A stretch of DNA of 62,328 bases, the filler included, from Collodictyon triciliatum (Eukaryota), in assembly GCA_043381765.1 (NCBI GenBank). It is 3 parts of 3 records of this genome, joined end to end, with 100 filler letters (N's around TTAATTAATTAA, not from the genome) between each part and the next. Parts side by side here need not be neighbours in the genome. Positions count along the whole stretch, not along the records: positions 24,128 to 48,018 come from JBHJMP010001105.1; 2 more parts are not named here. One strand, 5' to 3'. The translations under genes were made by a program, and so were the position numbers. The notes under the pieces were generated by a model. It was not told the origin of the DNA and ran no database searches. It saw only the letters and a list, made by a program, of their open reading frames with translations. Positions 32,871-46,938 of the stretch are shown here, piece after piece (the first letter of the stretch is position 1; each line of letters begins with the position of its first letter).

Positions 32871-34894
32871 ACACGATGAACGATGCCCGACCAAGTATCT
32901 TAAAATTTCGTGGTTGCATGAGACAAAATTAATGGATTGAAAACATATCAATAAAATAATTATAATAAGATACGCTCTTGTACCAAAAACCCTCTTAGAT
33001 GGGTATTTCAGATCTGGTAAATTTTTACATCTGTCTCCTTTGATAACCACACTCGAATTGCAAGAAAAAACTTTATAGCCTCAATTATTATTTTTGTTAT
33101 TGATATTGTTATTTACCTCGATGACAGTTTTGTTTTAACCATGTCACCTTCACAAATTTTCAGTCAAACATTTTTGTGGATTGCTATGCATTTAATATTC
33201 ACTCAAACAAGCGGAATATTCTAATTTGGTGATTACCACTGCCACTGCCAGAGTTCTTGGCTCAGCCTAATCACATACCAGGAGGCGCTCAGAAAAGATA
33301 TTATTAGGTGAGTATTTCGATGGTACACGAAACCTGTGAACGATGCGGTTTCTATTGCTATGACATAAACACAAATTTGATGCAATAATGCAAAACCTTT
33401 TCCTCATCCCTACCTCCTCTTCCCGCAACTTGCTCCTTCTCCATATTATACCCTCGCCACACTGACTCAGACTAATTGATTTATCTTTCCCACGTATCTA
33501 CTAAGTCGCTTTCTCTAACAAATATGTTTCTGTCACTCTGTATTCCCCATTCGTAATTCCTTCAATTGCAACATGCACTCTTCGTTATTACTTGATTCGA
33601 GACGTTTGCGCTATTTATCTCAATCAGAACTCATGCGCTCATGGAAAGTCTGCTCATCAGCAGCTCGCATCTGCGACCTTGACCTCATTGACTCATAAGT
33701 GGACAACCGAGCACGCAGACATCACACCATAGAAAATCTTGGTCACAATAAGCTCTCTTGCATTGATGATTCTCCTAACTCTCCCGATGCCGAGATTTAG
33801 TGATTTGCGATAATCTTGGTTGTTTATTTTCAGTGCCACATGAATTCGAGCTTTTCCTTGGTAGTTCCTCACCCGTACTTTCAGTTTGTGCAAGGTGATG
33901 AGGTTTTGGCCTTAGCTTCGAATAGGTGATTAGGAATTTCTCGTTGATCTGATTCCATAATTATTGTTGATTATAAGCTTCTTCTTTTTTTTTTTTTTTG
34001 GCGCCGTGGTTTGAAATCTTTTCGAATCAAATGATTTTTTTTTTGTTTCTACAGTTTCGAAGGGCTTCGTATTCGATTATGTCGTCTGTACATTAAAACT
34101 GGACCAAATATTTGATTTTAAAGGCTTCTCTGTAATTTATCCATGTATTTGATAGAATCAAAATAATAGATCGTGGAAAACATGTTCATGTAACATTTAT
34201 GTTTTTTAATCCTTTTTGGAGGAAATAAACTTAGTGTCTCATATTCGACTTTATCTTTTCAAAAAAATCAAAATTTTATCTTTCCTCATTCACAGCTGCT
34301 TGTCTTGTAGGATTGGGTCGCAAACAGCATTATCGACTTTTGCAGACCCCTGTGGATTTGAGGATATTGAATACTCAGTCTTAAAATTGGCTCTCCATCC
34401 AGGATATCTCAAGCATATATGTTTTTGTTCAGGTGATTGGACATATGTCCCGAATGTATCCGTGCAGGTCTAATATGTCGTTGGCTCCGAAATCAAACGG
34501 TGTGCTATTGAATCAAAAGAATACCCCAAGCCAAATAGAAAATATCGCAAAAGCAAAGATGTTAACCCCGATTTGTGAATCATCAACTTTTTTTTAGCAC
34601 GAGCACCACCGATGTTTTGATATTTGTCTATATCTATAGGGAAAACTAATGCTTCATGTTCTACCAGATAATAAACTTATGTGTAGAGTATATAATAACT
34701 CACCAATCACCATCCTGCACAAAATTGAAAGGAAGAATAAAAAAAAAAAATAACACACCAATTTCTTGTTGCAAGGTTGGTTATTTGGATGAAATGAATA
34801 GTCAATCCGGATATGGTTCAAACCGATAGCTTGTCTCTATCTGCTTCGATTCATTGTTTTTCATGTGTATTTTGTTATCTTGTCAATCAATGCA

Positions 34895-35321
34895 GGCTTG
34901 CTCGCCCGGCGACTTCCTTACGCTTATTTTCTATCGAATCCAGCTTCGAGGTCACAGACAGGCCACATTCTAACTTTTCCACACCACCTAAAAGGCCGAA
35001 AAGTCCGTCGAGACAGGATAGTTAAAAAATAATTACAACTTTTTTCGCCCACAAGCAAAGGATGCCTCCTCACTCCGCCATTATCTACCACACTCCTTCC
35101 TGGCTGCATCAAGGGAGGTATTGAAGAGGCATGCATCGCAATATTCTCATCGAACAGCCTTGTTTCTCAGCACCAGATCCATCCAAAGTGCCGATGATTT
35201 TCTAACACGCATAACCATCGCTTCCCCTCTCAATTCTCCCCATGAATATAAGGAAAATAACAAACAAAAGCAACTATCGTGGTGCCATTCACTACAAAGC
35301 CTCGCAAACCGAGCACTATAG
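34895..35321 (+). CDS. Possible terminal exons of a small hypothetical gene
   Basis: Two open frames are joined by a short phase-compatible GT-AG intron near 35021-35054. Upstream exons and start are unresolved. Confidence 0.22.
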
Positions 35322-35699
35322 TAAGAAAAGAGAGCTTAATGCAATCTAATATCTTAATGTGGCAGATTTGTTTCTTAATACTAATTTGGTCTCTTTGCGT
35401 ATTATTTCTTCATACTGTTGGTTATTGGGTTCGTAAATGGTGTGAAGAGCTGTTGAAATAATGGCTTAAATGGTTCCTTTGAGTCAACTTCACAAAATGC
35501 GCGACGCAGAAGCCAGTTATACAACACAAATCGTGCATGCCCCACAACCAGAGTTATTTTTCTACAGTTTTAACGAATCTGTCAACGTTGATATCTCATT
35601 ATCATCGGCTCAAAAGGATTCTGCTGCTTTATATATCTTTATTAATCAAGTGACATGTTTCTTTGGTGCACGAAAGTCATTATGTAAGGAATCCAAGAA

Positions 35700-38600
35700 T
35701 CATATCTCAACGAGCTCGTCATCATCAAGATGGATTAGTCTGCGCTTTTTCAGACCCGTTTCCTATGTTTTTGTTAATTCTTTTGAATCAATATGTATCC
35801 ATATGATTGTGGGGATTATAATTTAAAAATATTTAAAATTAGGAGACATAGAGACCTTTTCTTCAATTATCAGCGGCGGATTAGAAGAATCCGCAGTGCT
35901 TTCGGTTTCTAAAGTCTGTTACATGATATCAACCATTATAACTAACCATAAAAATAACCACAAATACTCATAGAAAAATAATTGAGGTGGCTTTGAGTTG
36001 TTTCGATTACATAAAAATTTTCAAAGACACAGGTATCTAGTAGAATCGCTTAAAGATAAATAAATAAAATAAAATAATCAAACCGATTGCCCATAACCCA
36101 GAGACAATACACGCAGACATTCGTCAATCATATTCTTTTCTCTTTGCAGCTGGTCCAACGATTTGCTTTTCGAGATGACATAAAAACTTGAGATTCCGTC
36201 TTCGGGAATTTGATAACCCATCACCTCACCGAGTAATTTGTTGCTCTCTGGAGACATACAAACATCCAACTGCGAAATTGACTCTGGACACAGGACTACA
36301 TCATCTATTTCGTCCACTAGCCTACTCACAAACTGCTTTCGCATTTGAATGGCTTTGCTAATCTGACTCTTTAGAAAATCCAGAAATTCAAGTCCTTTGC
36401 TCATCTTGGCAATCAGCACGCAGCTAAGTCGCACTTTTTTCATCTGTATATTATGAAGAAATTGGAAGACTATTATTATCCGCGCAGCAGCAATCAAATT
36501 AACTTGAAATCCAGCCCTGCCATACAAATACAAAACGAAAAGACCTAAATTGACAGGCAAAGAAAAACAAAGAAGCAAAACAATGGAGCGGATGCACTCA
36601 CAATTGTTTCATATTCGTAATCCAGTTCTTCAAATTCTGGTGAAGAGACTCTTGGTTCATCGTCGTCTTGGTCTGTATTGGATTCTCTCCGTGTTTGAAT
36701 GAGTCTTTTCAATCCTTTCTGCATTAGATAATGTCATACAATCACTACTGTGCTACAATGATGAGCAAATGTGACTATCAAAATGAGAATTAAAGAAAAA
36801 AAAAGAATAAAACCATGTTCGTTAATGAAAGGTCATTTTTTCTCCTCTGCTCCGCGTTGTTTCGGTGCTCTGGAAGATTAGTATGTCAAATCAAATGATA
36901 ACTGAACCACTAAAGACCGTAAGTAGCTCAATTTCATCAAAGTGGCATCTTATTTTAAGTTTCAGCTGACCTTTAGTAACATCAATACTCTCGGAACCAA
37001 GACTGTTTTCTTCTAGAGAGTTCTCTGAGCCTGAGAGTTCTGACTCCACGTCAGATTCTAATGTGGAATTTTCATGCATACCATTCTCGCTGTCTTGTTT
37101 TCCTCCACCTTGGTTTCTTAGACCCATTGTTCTGGACATTAATTTTTCTTAAAATAGTAATAGAAGATGTAATGGAAAATGAAATACATTTCATTCTTCT
37201 CTTGGTTTGAATAATAAAAGAGAATACTCTAATAAGTGAAAATAGTGAGATATTATTTTGATTCTAAAAGGACCTCGGCTTGCGGAGACGTATCAGACCC
37301 ATTTTTCTTACTCTGGCCTTTATTTGTTTTTCTGTCTTGTGAGGCATTTTGTCGCATACTATGCGTAATCCATTAGGGTCATCCCGATACCTATACAACA
37401 CATCGTTGTGGATGATTCCTTATGCCATTCAGCGAAATGCAAATACAATAGTACGGTTTTATGCAGCAGGATGTTCATATATTGTCAACAAACTCGTCAT
37501 GCAAGTCGTGGAGGTATTCTTCATCTTCCTGTGTCCAAGTACCTCGCCGTCCTATAAAAACGATTTCACTTTGACACCATTCAAAAATGTAAAAAAAAAA
37601 TAAAAAATGGCAAAATAAAAAAAGTATATGTCTGATATATCATCAAATGCATGATAAAAACACTTCAATTATCTTGGTTCTGAACCTTTTTCTTCATGGT
37701 TCCTATTATGAGCGATATAGGTATGCATAGCAATTGAAAGGTTGGCCAGGTATGTTTGATTTTTAAAGGGAAACGAAATAACATACAATATTGAAGCACA
37801 CTAATTTTTTTTTAAAGAAATAGTCTAATTTTTACAAAAGTATATATCACCACATACTCTTCGCCTTCAGATGAAACTTCATCAATGCACGAACGAGCAG
37901 ACCGATAGAATAAGACTTCAACAAACTCACGAGGGTCTAATTTTGCGTGCTATTGTATAACTGATTAAAAATTGGAAAAAATCCTTTCCTACAACAAATC
38001 AGACATGGATAAAATTAATGAAAATTTTGAAATACCTCTACAAATTTGTTGGTAATAAACTTTGCAAAGTCTCGAAAGTTTAAAAGTTCATCCTGTCCAG
38101 ATTCATATTGCAAATGAGTGATTGGTTCGATGGGTGAATAAAACATAGATCAAATGAATTGGCTGAATGGATTACGTGATTGATTCACAAGTTTATTACA
38201 AAATCCCTTAAATTATAATTATGAATCAATTACATTTCGTTTTGACAATGGGTCTGAAAGAAGTTTATCAAACAACTTGAAATGAGAAATCTAAGAATAA
38301 AATTACTTTGAGGAAATTGATATGTATGTTTACAGTTTTAATTAGAAATATAAGCCACTCAGTAGATTAGAATATCTCAATAATTACGAGAAAGAACATC
38401 TTATACAATCCCAGTTCGATGGCGATGTGGTGAAATATCTTCATGGAGGCGTGTATTATTTTTCTGAAATTGTTTGTATCAAAAGCAACAGCAACAAAAT
38501 GTGAGAAAAAAATACACTTTGATAAATTGAAAATATTATTGCAATCAGAATATCTATTTTTGAATGGACTGTTATATGAAAAAAAATATTAAATACACAT

Positions 38601-41600
38601 ATCGAAAGATGACTTTTCTTAAAATATTGAAGAATATTCATATAAATGAGAAAGTTATTTGTAATTGGCACTGACTTTGACAACAATAGGTAGTCGCTTA
38701 AAACTAATAGAATATTCTCGATCACAAAAGGGTGAGAAAAGCGGGCGATGAAGTACTTGGTATTGTAAAAGGCATCAGCAGTATCAATTATTTTGCCTGT
38801 ATATTATTATGTAAACAATTATTACCCATTTGATAATACAGAATTACAAACAATTCTATCCTGGATAAAGAACAAATGTCACAGCAAGGATTGCATGTTT
38901 TTGAGAATTGATACGAGGGATTGTGTCCCAAAATGTAATGAACCTTTTTGTGGAATCTCGTCGTCATCTTCTTCTTTACCATCATCCTCAACGTCTCCTG
39001 CGTCGCTCGTGCTGGCTCCTTTCTCTTTATCGGCAGTACTATCGACCTTCATTGATGCGTTTATCGGAGGTGACATAATATCCGTTGTTTTTGAATTAGA
39101 CTATGTGAGAATAGATGAGTATTACAGTGTCCATGGTCGACACAACAGAATCTTCATTGATGTTTTTGTTGTTTGCAGAGGCATCTAAGCCGACAGAGGA
39201 ATTTTCTACACACAAAAGTGAGATGGTATGAAGTAAAGTATAGCGATTGATGGTTTGTTAAAGAAATGGGTTACGTTTCAAATGGAAAAAAATGAAGTAC
39301 AAAGGTAAAAAACAATTAAACAAATGAATGCAGATGCATCACAACATAAAATTACCATGGTCCTTGCCAGTATCTGGTTCGACTGTTGGAGATGATGCGT
39401 TCTGAGATATGATAAAGTTCAGTTGAAATACGAAATCATGAACACTATACACTCACTAAAACCATAATTACTGGATTTTTTAAATGAAAGATATGATTGT
39501 ATTTAAAGATGAAATCAAACTCTGGCAGGTTCTTTCTTGTCTGCAAATGAGACTGTCTGCTTTCAAATGGAAATACATAAAAAAGAAAAAAGAGAGGGTA
39601 TTTTCAATATCTTAATAAGTGAATGCACATCCAAAACCATAAGTTAAAATAATAGTAATTAAAATATATTGCAAACCCTTCTAATTTTTTTGCAAACTAC
39701 GATTCGTTGCGATTTTTCATAGCTTTCCATGAGTTGAATAATGGCATATGATGTCTCTATCAATACTTCTATTAACCTAATATTTCGATGATTATCGGTA
39801 AATTAAAGACTAATTATTTATGTGAACGGGAAGATTACTTTCACTGAAGAGCGTATTAAATAAAACGTTTCAAATGAAGTAGTTGATATGGATGGAGGTA
39901 GTCGCGTACCTCTTTGGCTGATTTTGGATACTGAACTTTTTGATTAAATCAGGAATAAGTTCTACAGACTCCATATCATAGAAAAACGACCTCATACAAG
40001 CGACAAGAAGCTGGTAAAAGATATATCTTGGTTAAAAGAATATCATAAACTAAAAAAAAAACACAAATAAATTGAAAGGGGGAAGTAAAAAGTTGCAAAT
40101 ATAGTTAAATAATAGATTGAACCATACTTTTTGTGCAACTGGGGATTTGAAACTTTCAATGTACCGAAGCGTGTTCAGCTATTGTAGCGTCATATTTTAT
40201 AATATATAGAATATATTCTTTCTTTTTATAGTTATTGCTCAAAATTTATCTCATTTAGATTTTAAAAATGTGGCTCTGAATTAAAAAAAGAACCTGCTCT
40301 TTGAGGCTGTAACAGTAATGAATAAGATCATCCAAGCGCTTTTCAATGGATGATTCAGATATTCCACGCATTACAAACTGTAAAAACTCAGGAGATATTG
40401 CCTCAGAGACAAATGACAACTCAAATTCTTTTCGACATTTATGAATCAACCATTTTTTCGTCGGTTTGAAAAGATATATTTTAGAAGGATGTAAATCATA
40501 ACAATATTTAATGAAATCTTCAATTGAAGTCAACATGATGTGCAAGCAAATAAGAACCTTTGGTATCTTTCGAATCATAAATCTGACTTTGTTTCTAGAT
40601 TAATTAATTTGGGTTTCAAAATATAGCGTGGTTTCATCTGAATTGCAAAGTTCTTTTCATATCAAATACTCGAATACATAAATTATCCAAAAAAAACCTA
40701 CATGCAAATGTCTTTGAAAAGCCAGGCACCAAGTTATCAGTGCGCATAGCTGTCTGATGGACTTGTAATCAACGTTTGAAGACAGCTCCGCATTTGAACG
40801 AATAATACGAATCAGAGCTTCATTTATATAAAATATTGTTCAAATTTTTCATGAATATACATCATATTACACAAATGAGAGGATGCTATTATAAAAGGTG
40901 ACATGTAAAATGGTGTTTACATTTGTTAAAATTTCATGATTCAATCATATTTATTTTAAAAAAACCAGCAAATACTCCGTCAGAAATGAATTGCTTCATT
41001 ATGGATTGGATTGAGGATTTCGTTTCTTGTGAAGCATTCCAGTTCTGGGTGGCATTAATAAAAAAATTTTTTAAAAAAAACGTAAAAAAAATGGACAGGC
41101 TGTCATGGTATAATCAAAGCTTGGTTATAGATATTTTTTTTTGAATGCTGAGAGAATAATCAAACATGAAATCGATATTGGCGGCAGCCATGAAACAATT
41201 TGATGCAGTATTTATATGAAAGCATATGAGACATCCACTCATAAGTAAGTCTTGAATCATACATCTTTTCCATCTAATTGTTTTATTTCGTTGGTTAAGT
41301 GTGCAGTTCTTTGCCTCCTTTGGTTAGCAACGGTTAAGGGCTTCTCTTTAATTTGTGTTATCTGGGTATTCCGGATTACACTTTGTCCAATCTACAGTTA
41401 CGTCGATAGCGCAATTAGAAAACATTCGACATAGAAAAGAAAGATCGGAGTAAAATTGCCACCAAATAAGACATTTTATTGTTACTCAATGGAGATATTA
41501 AGGAACCATTGTATTCGTGATAAAAGTGCCCCCAAATCTGGAGTGCCTGGTCGGTAGTTGACTTGTAGTCATTCTAAAAAATAATAATATGTTTCCCAAA

Positions 41601-43421
41601 TAAATGAACCAATTACTTGGACTCTTTTCACACTGCATCGCAGAGAAAATAAAACAGTGATTTCATCCATGGAAATGGGTATTAAAATTACAAACTTTAT
41701 TTTTAGTTGCTCTTCTTCGAGTGCACGTGCAATGTTACTTACTTTTGAAGGCTTAGACACATTAGTTTGACCCTGTATCAAATATGAGGTTAGAAGGTAT
41801 GTTCATTTGGTCGTCCCATAAATGGGCGTGCATGTGAAAACATCGACATTCTTACACAGGAAATCATATAACATCTCACCGACAGACTTCATTATTTATC
41901 TTCTGAATGAACTTCACTCTATCATTACAAAGACACAGAGTAGTAATCAACAGACTTGAACACGTTTTACCTGGTTTTGATTTCGAATTACACCATGAGA
42001 TGCAATATCTTCAGGAGAAATAAAAAGTAAATGCGACATAATTTCCAGTAATTTTGATGAAAATTCCGTATTTTCAGGCTCTTCAATCCTCTGACCAATA
42101 ATCTTCATCGAACGACATACATGGTACAGATAAATGAATGTGTTAAAAAAAAAAAAAGAAGGAATATTATATTCTGCAAAATGCCACACGTGAAATATAA
42201 GAAAGATCCCAGAGGGCGCAGTTACAATAAATACTCTGCGCTCAATTATGTTTTCATATACTTTCATCTCCTTAGACACAAGATATGGAGAATTAAAGTT
42301 TGATAAGCATACCATGACTACGTCGAAAATCACATCTTTGTGACATTTTGTTATAAAATCCTCCTGCAAATATGTGAAAAGAGGATTTGATGATAAACTT
42401 GTGTCTGATTTATTCGGAACAATCAACAAGTTCTCGATGATGCCAAGGAGGAGTTCGATGTATTCATTATCATCTTTTGATCTCAAACTATGGTCAAGAC
42501 GGATTTAAATGACAATGTTATTTTTTTTTATTAGATACGCCACCTTCTGTTTGGTGGATTTTGAGAGGGCTTAATCAATGGTGCAAGAACTTTAAACATA
42601 CTTTCCTTCATGTGTTAGGACCTCGGCAATTTTGTGTGCGAATGTGGGCAAAACCTATCATGACCATGAGTATTGTGTCCCAGATAATTTTCAATTTTTA
42701 GTCGAAAAATAATAATAAGAGGATAGCCGTTCTCTTGTTGTATTATTTTTATGATCAAATTAAAACCTCTGTTTTGATAAATCCTTCTTTAATCTTTCGT
42801 TGATGGTCGATCAGTTTGTTGTATGAAATCCAACTTTTGAGTGGTTGTCTCGTTATCATATATATGACCTTTACTGGATAAAATGTTAAGAAAAAAATTC
42901 TTTCATGTTAATAAAGACGATAAATCGTGTGGATGTGATTGATCACCAAGATATTATGCGGCCATAAAACAAAAGTATATTCTAGCAAAGACTATCGATT
43001 CTAAAAAGGGTAAGTGAATGATTTACGCACGGAGCATCATCGATAGATTTATGTCATCAGAATAGGTAATCAGGAGCGGAAGTATGTCTCTCACAACGAC
43101 TCCAGTAGTGCCCATCGTGTCGCTGTACTTGCGATCCTCTGGATAATCGTAATCTTCTTGCAGCAAATAGCGCATAATGTCCTCCAGTTGCCCTGTATAT
43201 AAATTGTTTTTTTTATAAAAAAAATAAATTATCAAAACAAAAAGATAAAAGCATGGAAAACAAAAACAAGAACAAAAAGCACATAATAAAATAAAGTGCA
43301 TGATTACGATGGCGTTACCTTCACATTCCAAACTTTTTTCATAAACCATTTTTTTGTTGAGCATCTTGGAGCGACCCAGCCTCTGACAGGCGGACGTCAA
43401 ATCAGCCAGATTCGCTCGCAA
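35700..43421 (-). CDS. TIMELESS: Timeless/Tof1/Swi1 replication-fork protection protein (many exons; start probably in the gap)
   Basis: LTSACQRLG..YEKSLECEGQLEDIMRYL..VVRDILPLL, IELLLGIIENLLIVP, the conserved TRHSRFGGTF, RFSHP, KIFHHIA and FVEVLF; ends KKRRLIHLDDDELVEI*. Confidence 0.92.
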
Positions 43422-44260
43422 CTTACATTGCAAAGGAAACAGGAAAAAAAAAGAAGGGGGGACAAATTATCTTCTATCGGGGTTTCTCTGAAATGAAATC
43501 CATAATGACTGTGTGAATAACATATAACACAGCCAAGGATTTGACAGCAGCAAGGCAAATAAAAAAATAAATGAAAGGGAAATAACTGAACAGAGATGGA
43601 AAGAGAGAGGAAGTAAAAGCTACAAGGAATTCCTCCGAAAACTGGCGGAAGTATTTACTTACAACNNNNNNNNNNNNNNNNNNNNNNNNNNNNNNNNNNN
43701 NNNNNNNNNNNNNNNNNNNNNNNNNNNNNNNNNNNNNNNNNNNNNNNNNNNNNNNNNNNNNNNNNNNNNNNNNNNNNNNNNNNNNNNNNNNNNNNNNNNN
43801 NNNNNNNNNNNNNNNNNNNNNNNNNNNNNNNNNNNNNNNNNNNNNNNNNNNNNNNNNNNNNNNNNNNNNNNNNNNNNNNNNNNNNNNNNNNNNNNNNNNN
43901 NNNNNNNNNNNNNNNNNNNNNNNNNNNNNNNNNNNNNNNNNNNNNNNNNNNNNNNNNNNNNNNNNNNNNNNNNNNNNNNNNNNNNNNNNNNNNNNNNNNN
44001 NNNNNNNNNNNNNNNNNNNNNNNNNNNNNNNNNNNNNNNNNNNNNNNNNNNNNNNNNNNNNNNNNNNNNNNNNNNNNNNNNNNNNNNNNNNNNNNNNNNN
44101 NNNNNNNNNNNNNNNNNNNNNNNNNNNNNNNNNNNNNNNNNNNNNNNNNNNNNNNNNNNNNNNNNNNNNNNNNNNNNNNNNNNNNNNNNNNNNNNNNNNN
44201 NNAAAAAGTATTTATCAATCAAATATAAAAATAGATAATCGATGATAGATATGAAAATAC

Positions 44261-46666
44261 CTGTAATATACGACATAATTTCTTGCTGCTAATCAGTTGG
44301 TTGCATGCATTCTGGAATATTACAATTCTTTCACAAATAGATGATTTTGCCTCTTCTAATCCTAACCGAAGAGTGATGCCTTCAAGTCGATTTTGTAGAT
44401 ATGGGAGTTTGATGGCCTAAAATTACAATTTGTCGGTATAGCCATTACAGATTCATGACCCCTATCGAATAAGACATGTATGTGGATAAACATCAACCTC
44501 TTTGAAAAAATAGAGGCATGGTCCAATATCCGAAACGCTTCCATTTATTTTCTCTAGTGTATGAATCTGCCCAGGTGATTGTAAAAGAATTAGACCTCAC
44601 GTGTGGTCAGTAAATAATTTTAGATTTTATACTTTAAAAAAAGTAAAAAATAAAAATAAAAATAATTGTTAAACCTCGTCCTTAGTTGGCATACTCTCTG
44701 ATATTTGATACCAATATTCCTCAGGCAAGCAGTCCACTTTCATTTCAGCGATGTAACAGACCATCTCATCGACGCTCAGTTTTGTAGATTTAAATATTTC
44801 TTCTATTCGTCCGAATAAAAAAAATTAGTATACAATATCTGTCATGAAATTGATTTCCCCTTTACGCAGGAATTCAATGCAATATTATGCTTGACTTCCA
44901 ACCTATCAATCTGAATCTGCTAGAGTCAAATCCAAAGCTACTCGATGAAGAAAGAAGAGGAGCTACAGTTTAAGTAATTTATCATATACACAAAAAAGTA
45001 GTGATGCCATCATATTTTAAGTTATAAATGACTAAAACGATACATTTATTTGAATTATCCTTTTATTTAAAAATGCGTCCTAAAAATGTATTCACACGAA
45101 CCTATTTCTGCATCTTCTTCTTTCAAAAACGTGTTGAGTGAATCCTCATCTATAAATACTGCGGATTCGACAGCATCCTGTTGCCATACCGATTCTGGGG
45201 CTGTGTTCGTTTCTATACATTCCCATGCAAGTTTGCACGCTCGCCTCACATCTACGTTACAAGCGGTAACAACAGGTTATTGACTCACTCAAGTGGTGTG
45301 TTATATTTGATTACAGATTTCTACATTCCATGCAATGAAGAAAATATGATAATACTCTTTTTCGTTCGAACGCCTATCATCCGAAGTTGCTCAGCCGTTA
45401 TTGTTGTACTTAGCATATTTTCCTCTGTATTACCTGCGCCAAATGATGGAGTCTCAACGTCAGCTCCGACATCCTGACATGGTAACAAAGTTATGAATTC
45501 GCCTTCACTTCCACTCGTACATTACACAAGTTTGTTGGATAAACATGGAAAAATCAATATTCTTCCTGTTGTGTAGAGGTTACGTTTTCTGATATCATTT
45601 TTTCCAGTTCTCCGATCATTTCTGCCACTTTTTTGTATTCTAATTCGTATTCTGACCGGACTCTTTGATTGTCGACGTCAATGTCTTCCTCTTCCTACGT
45701 TTTATAAAACCAATTGGTATTCAGTATGTATTGAGGAGATACCATGCGTCGGCAAAAAAATAGAACTTTATTTTCAATGAGCAGTTACCGCATAGATAAC
45801 CAATATTTAATAATCAAGGACACCAATGTAAAAGTAATTCATCGCAATAACCTCGTCCACATGCTTTGAGCTGGCTATAATAGCTTCCAAGTCCTTTCTC
45901 TTTTTACTAAGCTCTTCTATCTTCACACTACAATCAAGGATGCACTCGCCAAGAAAAGAATCTTCCAGAGCCTGTGATTGTGAAGCAGGTCCAACTTCAT
46001 GACTCGGGTGAAGAGAGGTATGTAACCGCACACAGAGGCTGCACAAAAGAACTTTGTCGTGGCATGTTTTGCAAAACGATTCCAGTCGCTTGGCTGGGTG
46101 AATGAAGCAAAAGTCCTCGATGTATGAGACTGGTTGCTTCTGCAGCGGCCTGAGCGATACGTCTTTCCTTTAGTCGTAGAATACATCCCGTATGGTATAT
46201 TCAGGTAGGAGTGCGAGTGTACATATATACATAAAGGAAATAATTGCATATATTTGAAACACGTTGATGAGAGTGTGTGTGTGTGTGTGTGCAAAAAAAA
46301 AAAAGGAGGAGCGTGAAATTAGAATGGCGTTCAGTGGTATCTTCGTCTCCAGCTTTTTGCCTCGTATATGGCGTGTGAGCATACATATCCGCAAGGAAAA
46401 GAGTATCCGAGTCATTGTGTATGTTTGAGATGGGTGGCATACAGAGACTTGTGAAGCCGTGTGGTTGAAATCTCTTGATGCGAAGCAAAACACAATGCAC
46501 ACAACAGACGGCAACCTTCTGCGCAATAGTACTCGGGATACGACCCGCAGTCAGGAATCGAGCACACTTTTTTTGCGCTTCTTGGTTTGGCTGCGTCTGT
46601 GATTGTCCTGGCTGACTCTGGTGTGCTTTGTGTTTCGCCTTGAAGTGTGTCGCCAAACTCGCTCAT
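44261..46666 (-). CDS. Tandem B-box + coiled-coil + formin FH2-domain protein, 3' end lost in the gap
   Basis: B-box1 CSIPDC..YCAEGC..LCALC..H..H; B-box2 CFIH..FCKTC..LCSLC..H..H; then FH2-like KLAWECI..SVW, FDSSRFRLIEEIFKSTKLSVDEM..IAEM, MPTKDEIHTL..LYFFKEAIKLPYLQNRL and NACNQLISSKKLCRILQ. Confidence 0.8.
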
Positions 46667-46938
46667 TTACGGCAGGCTTAAGACAGCAGTGCTCTCGTTA
46701 GCGGGTTTAATAAAAGGAGGAATGTGTGGTTGGTTTTATGTTTTTTTATGTNNNNNNNNNNNNNNNNNNNNNNNNNNNNNNNNNNNNNNNNNNNNNNNNN
46801 NNNNNNNNNNNNNNNNNNNNNNNNNNNNNNNNNNNNNNNNNNNNNNNNNNTTTGGGTGTTTAGGTTGCAATGGTATTACTGTGTATTTGTGTTTCCTTCT
46901 GCTTAAACAAGTGCGATAAAATGTTTAATGATGAAAAC

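Noticed and set aside
46412-46444. TGA after HTQ in the B-box gene as a possible Sec codon
   Set aside because: It is inside an intron beginning CT|GTATGC that joins in phase to the B-box2 exon.
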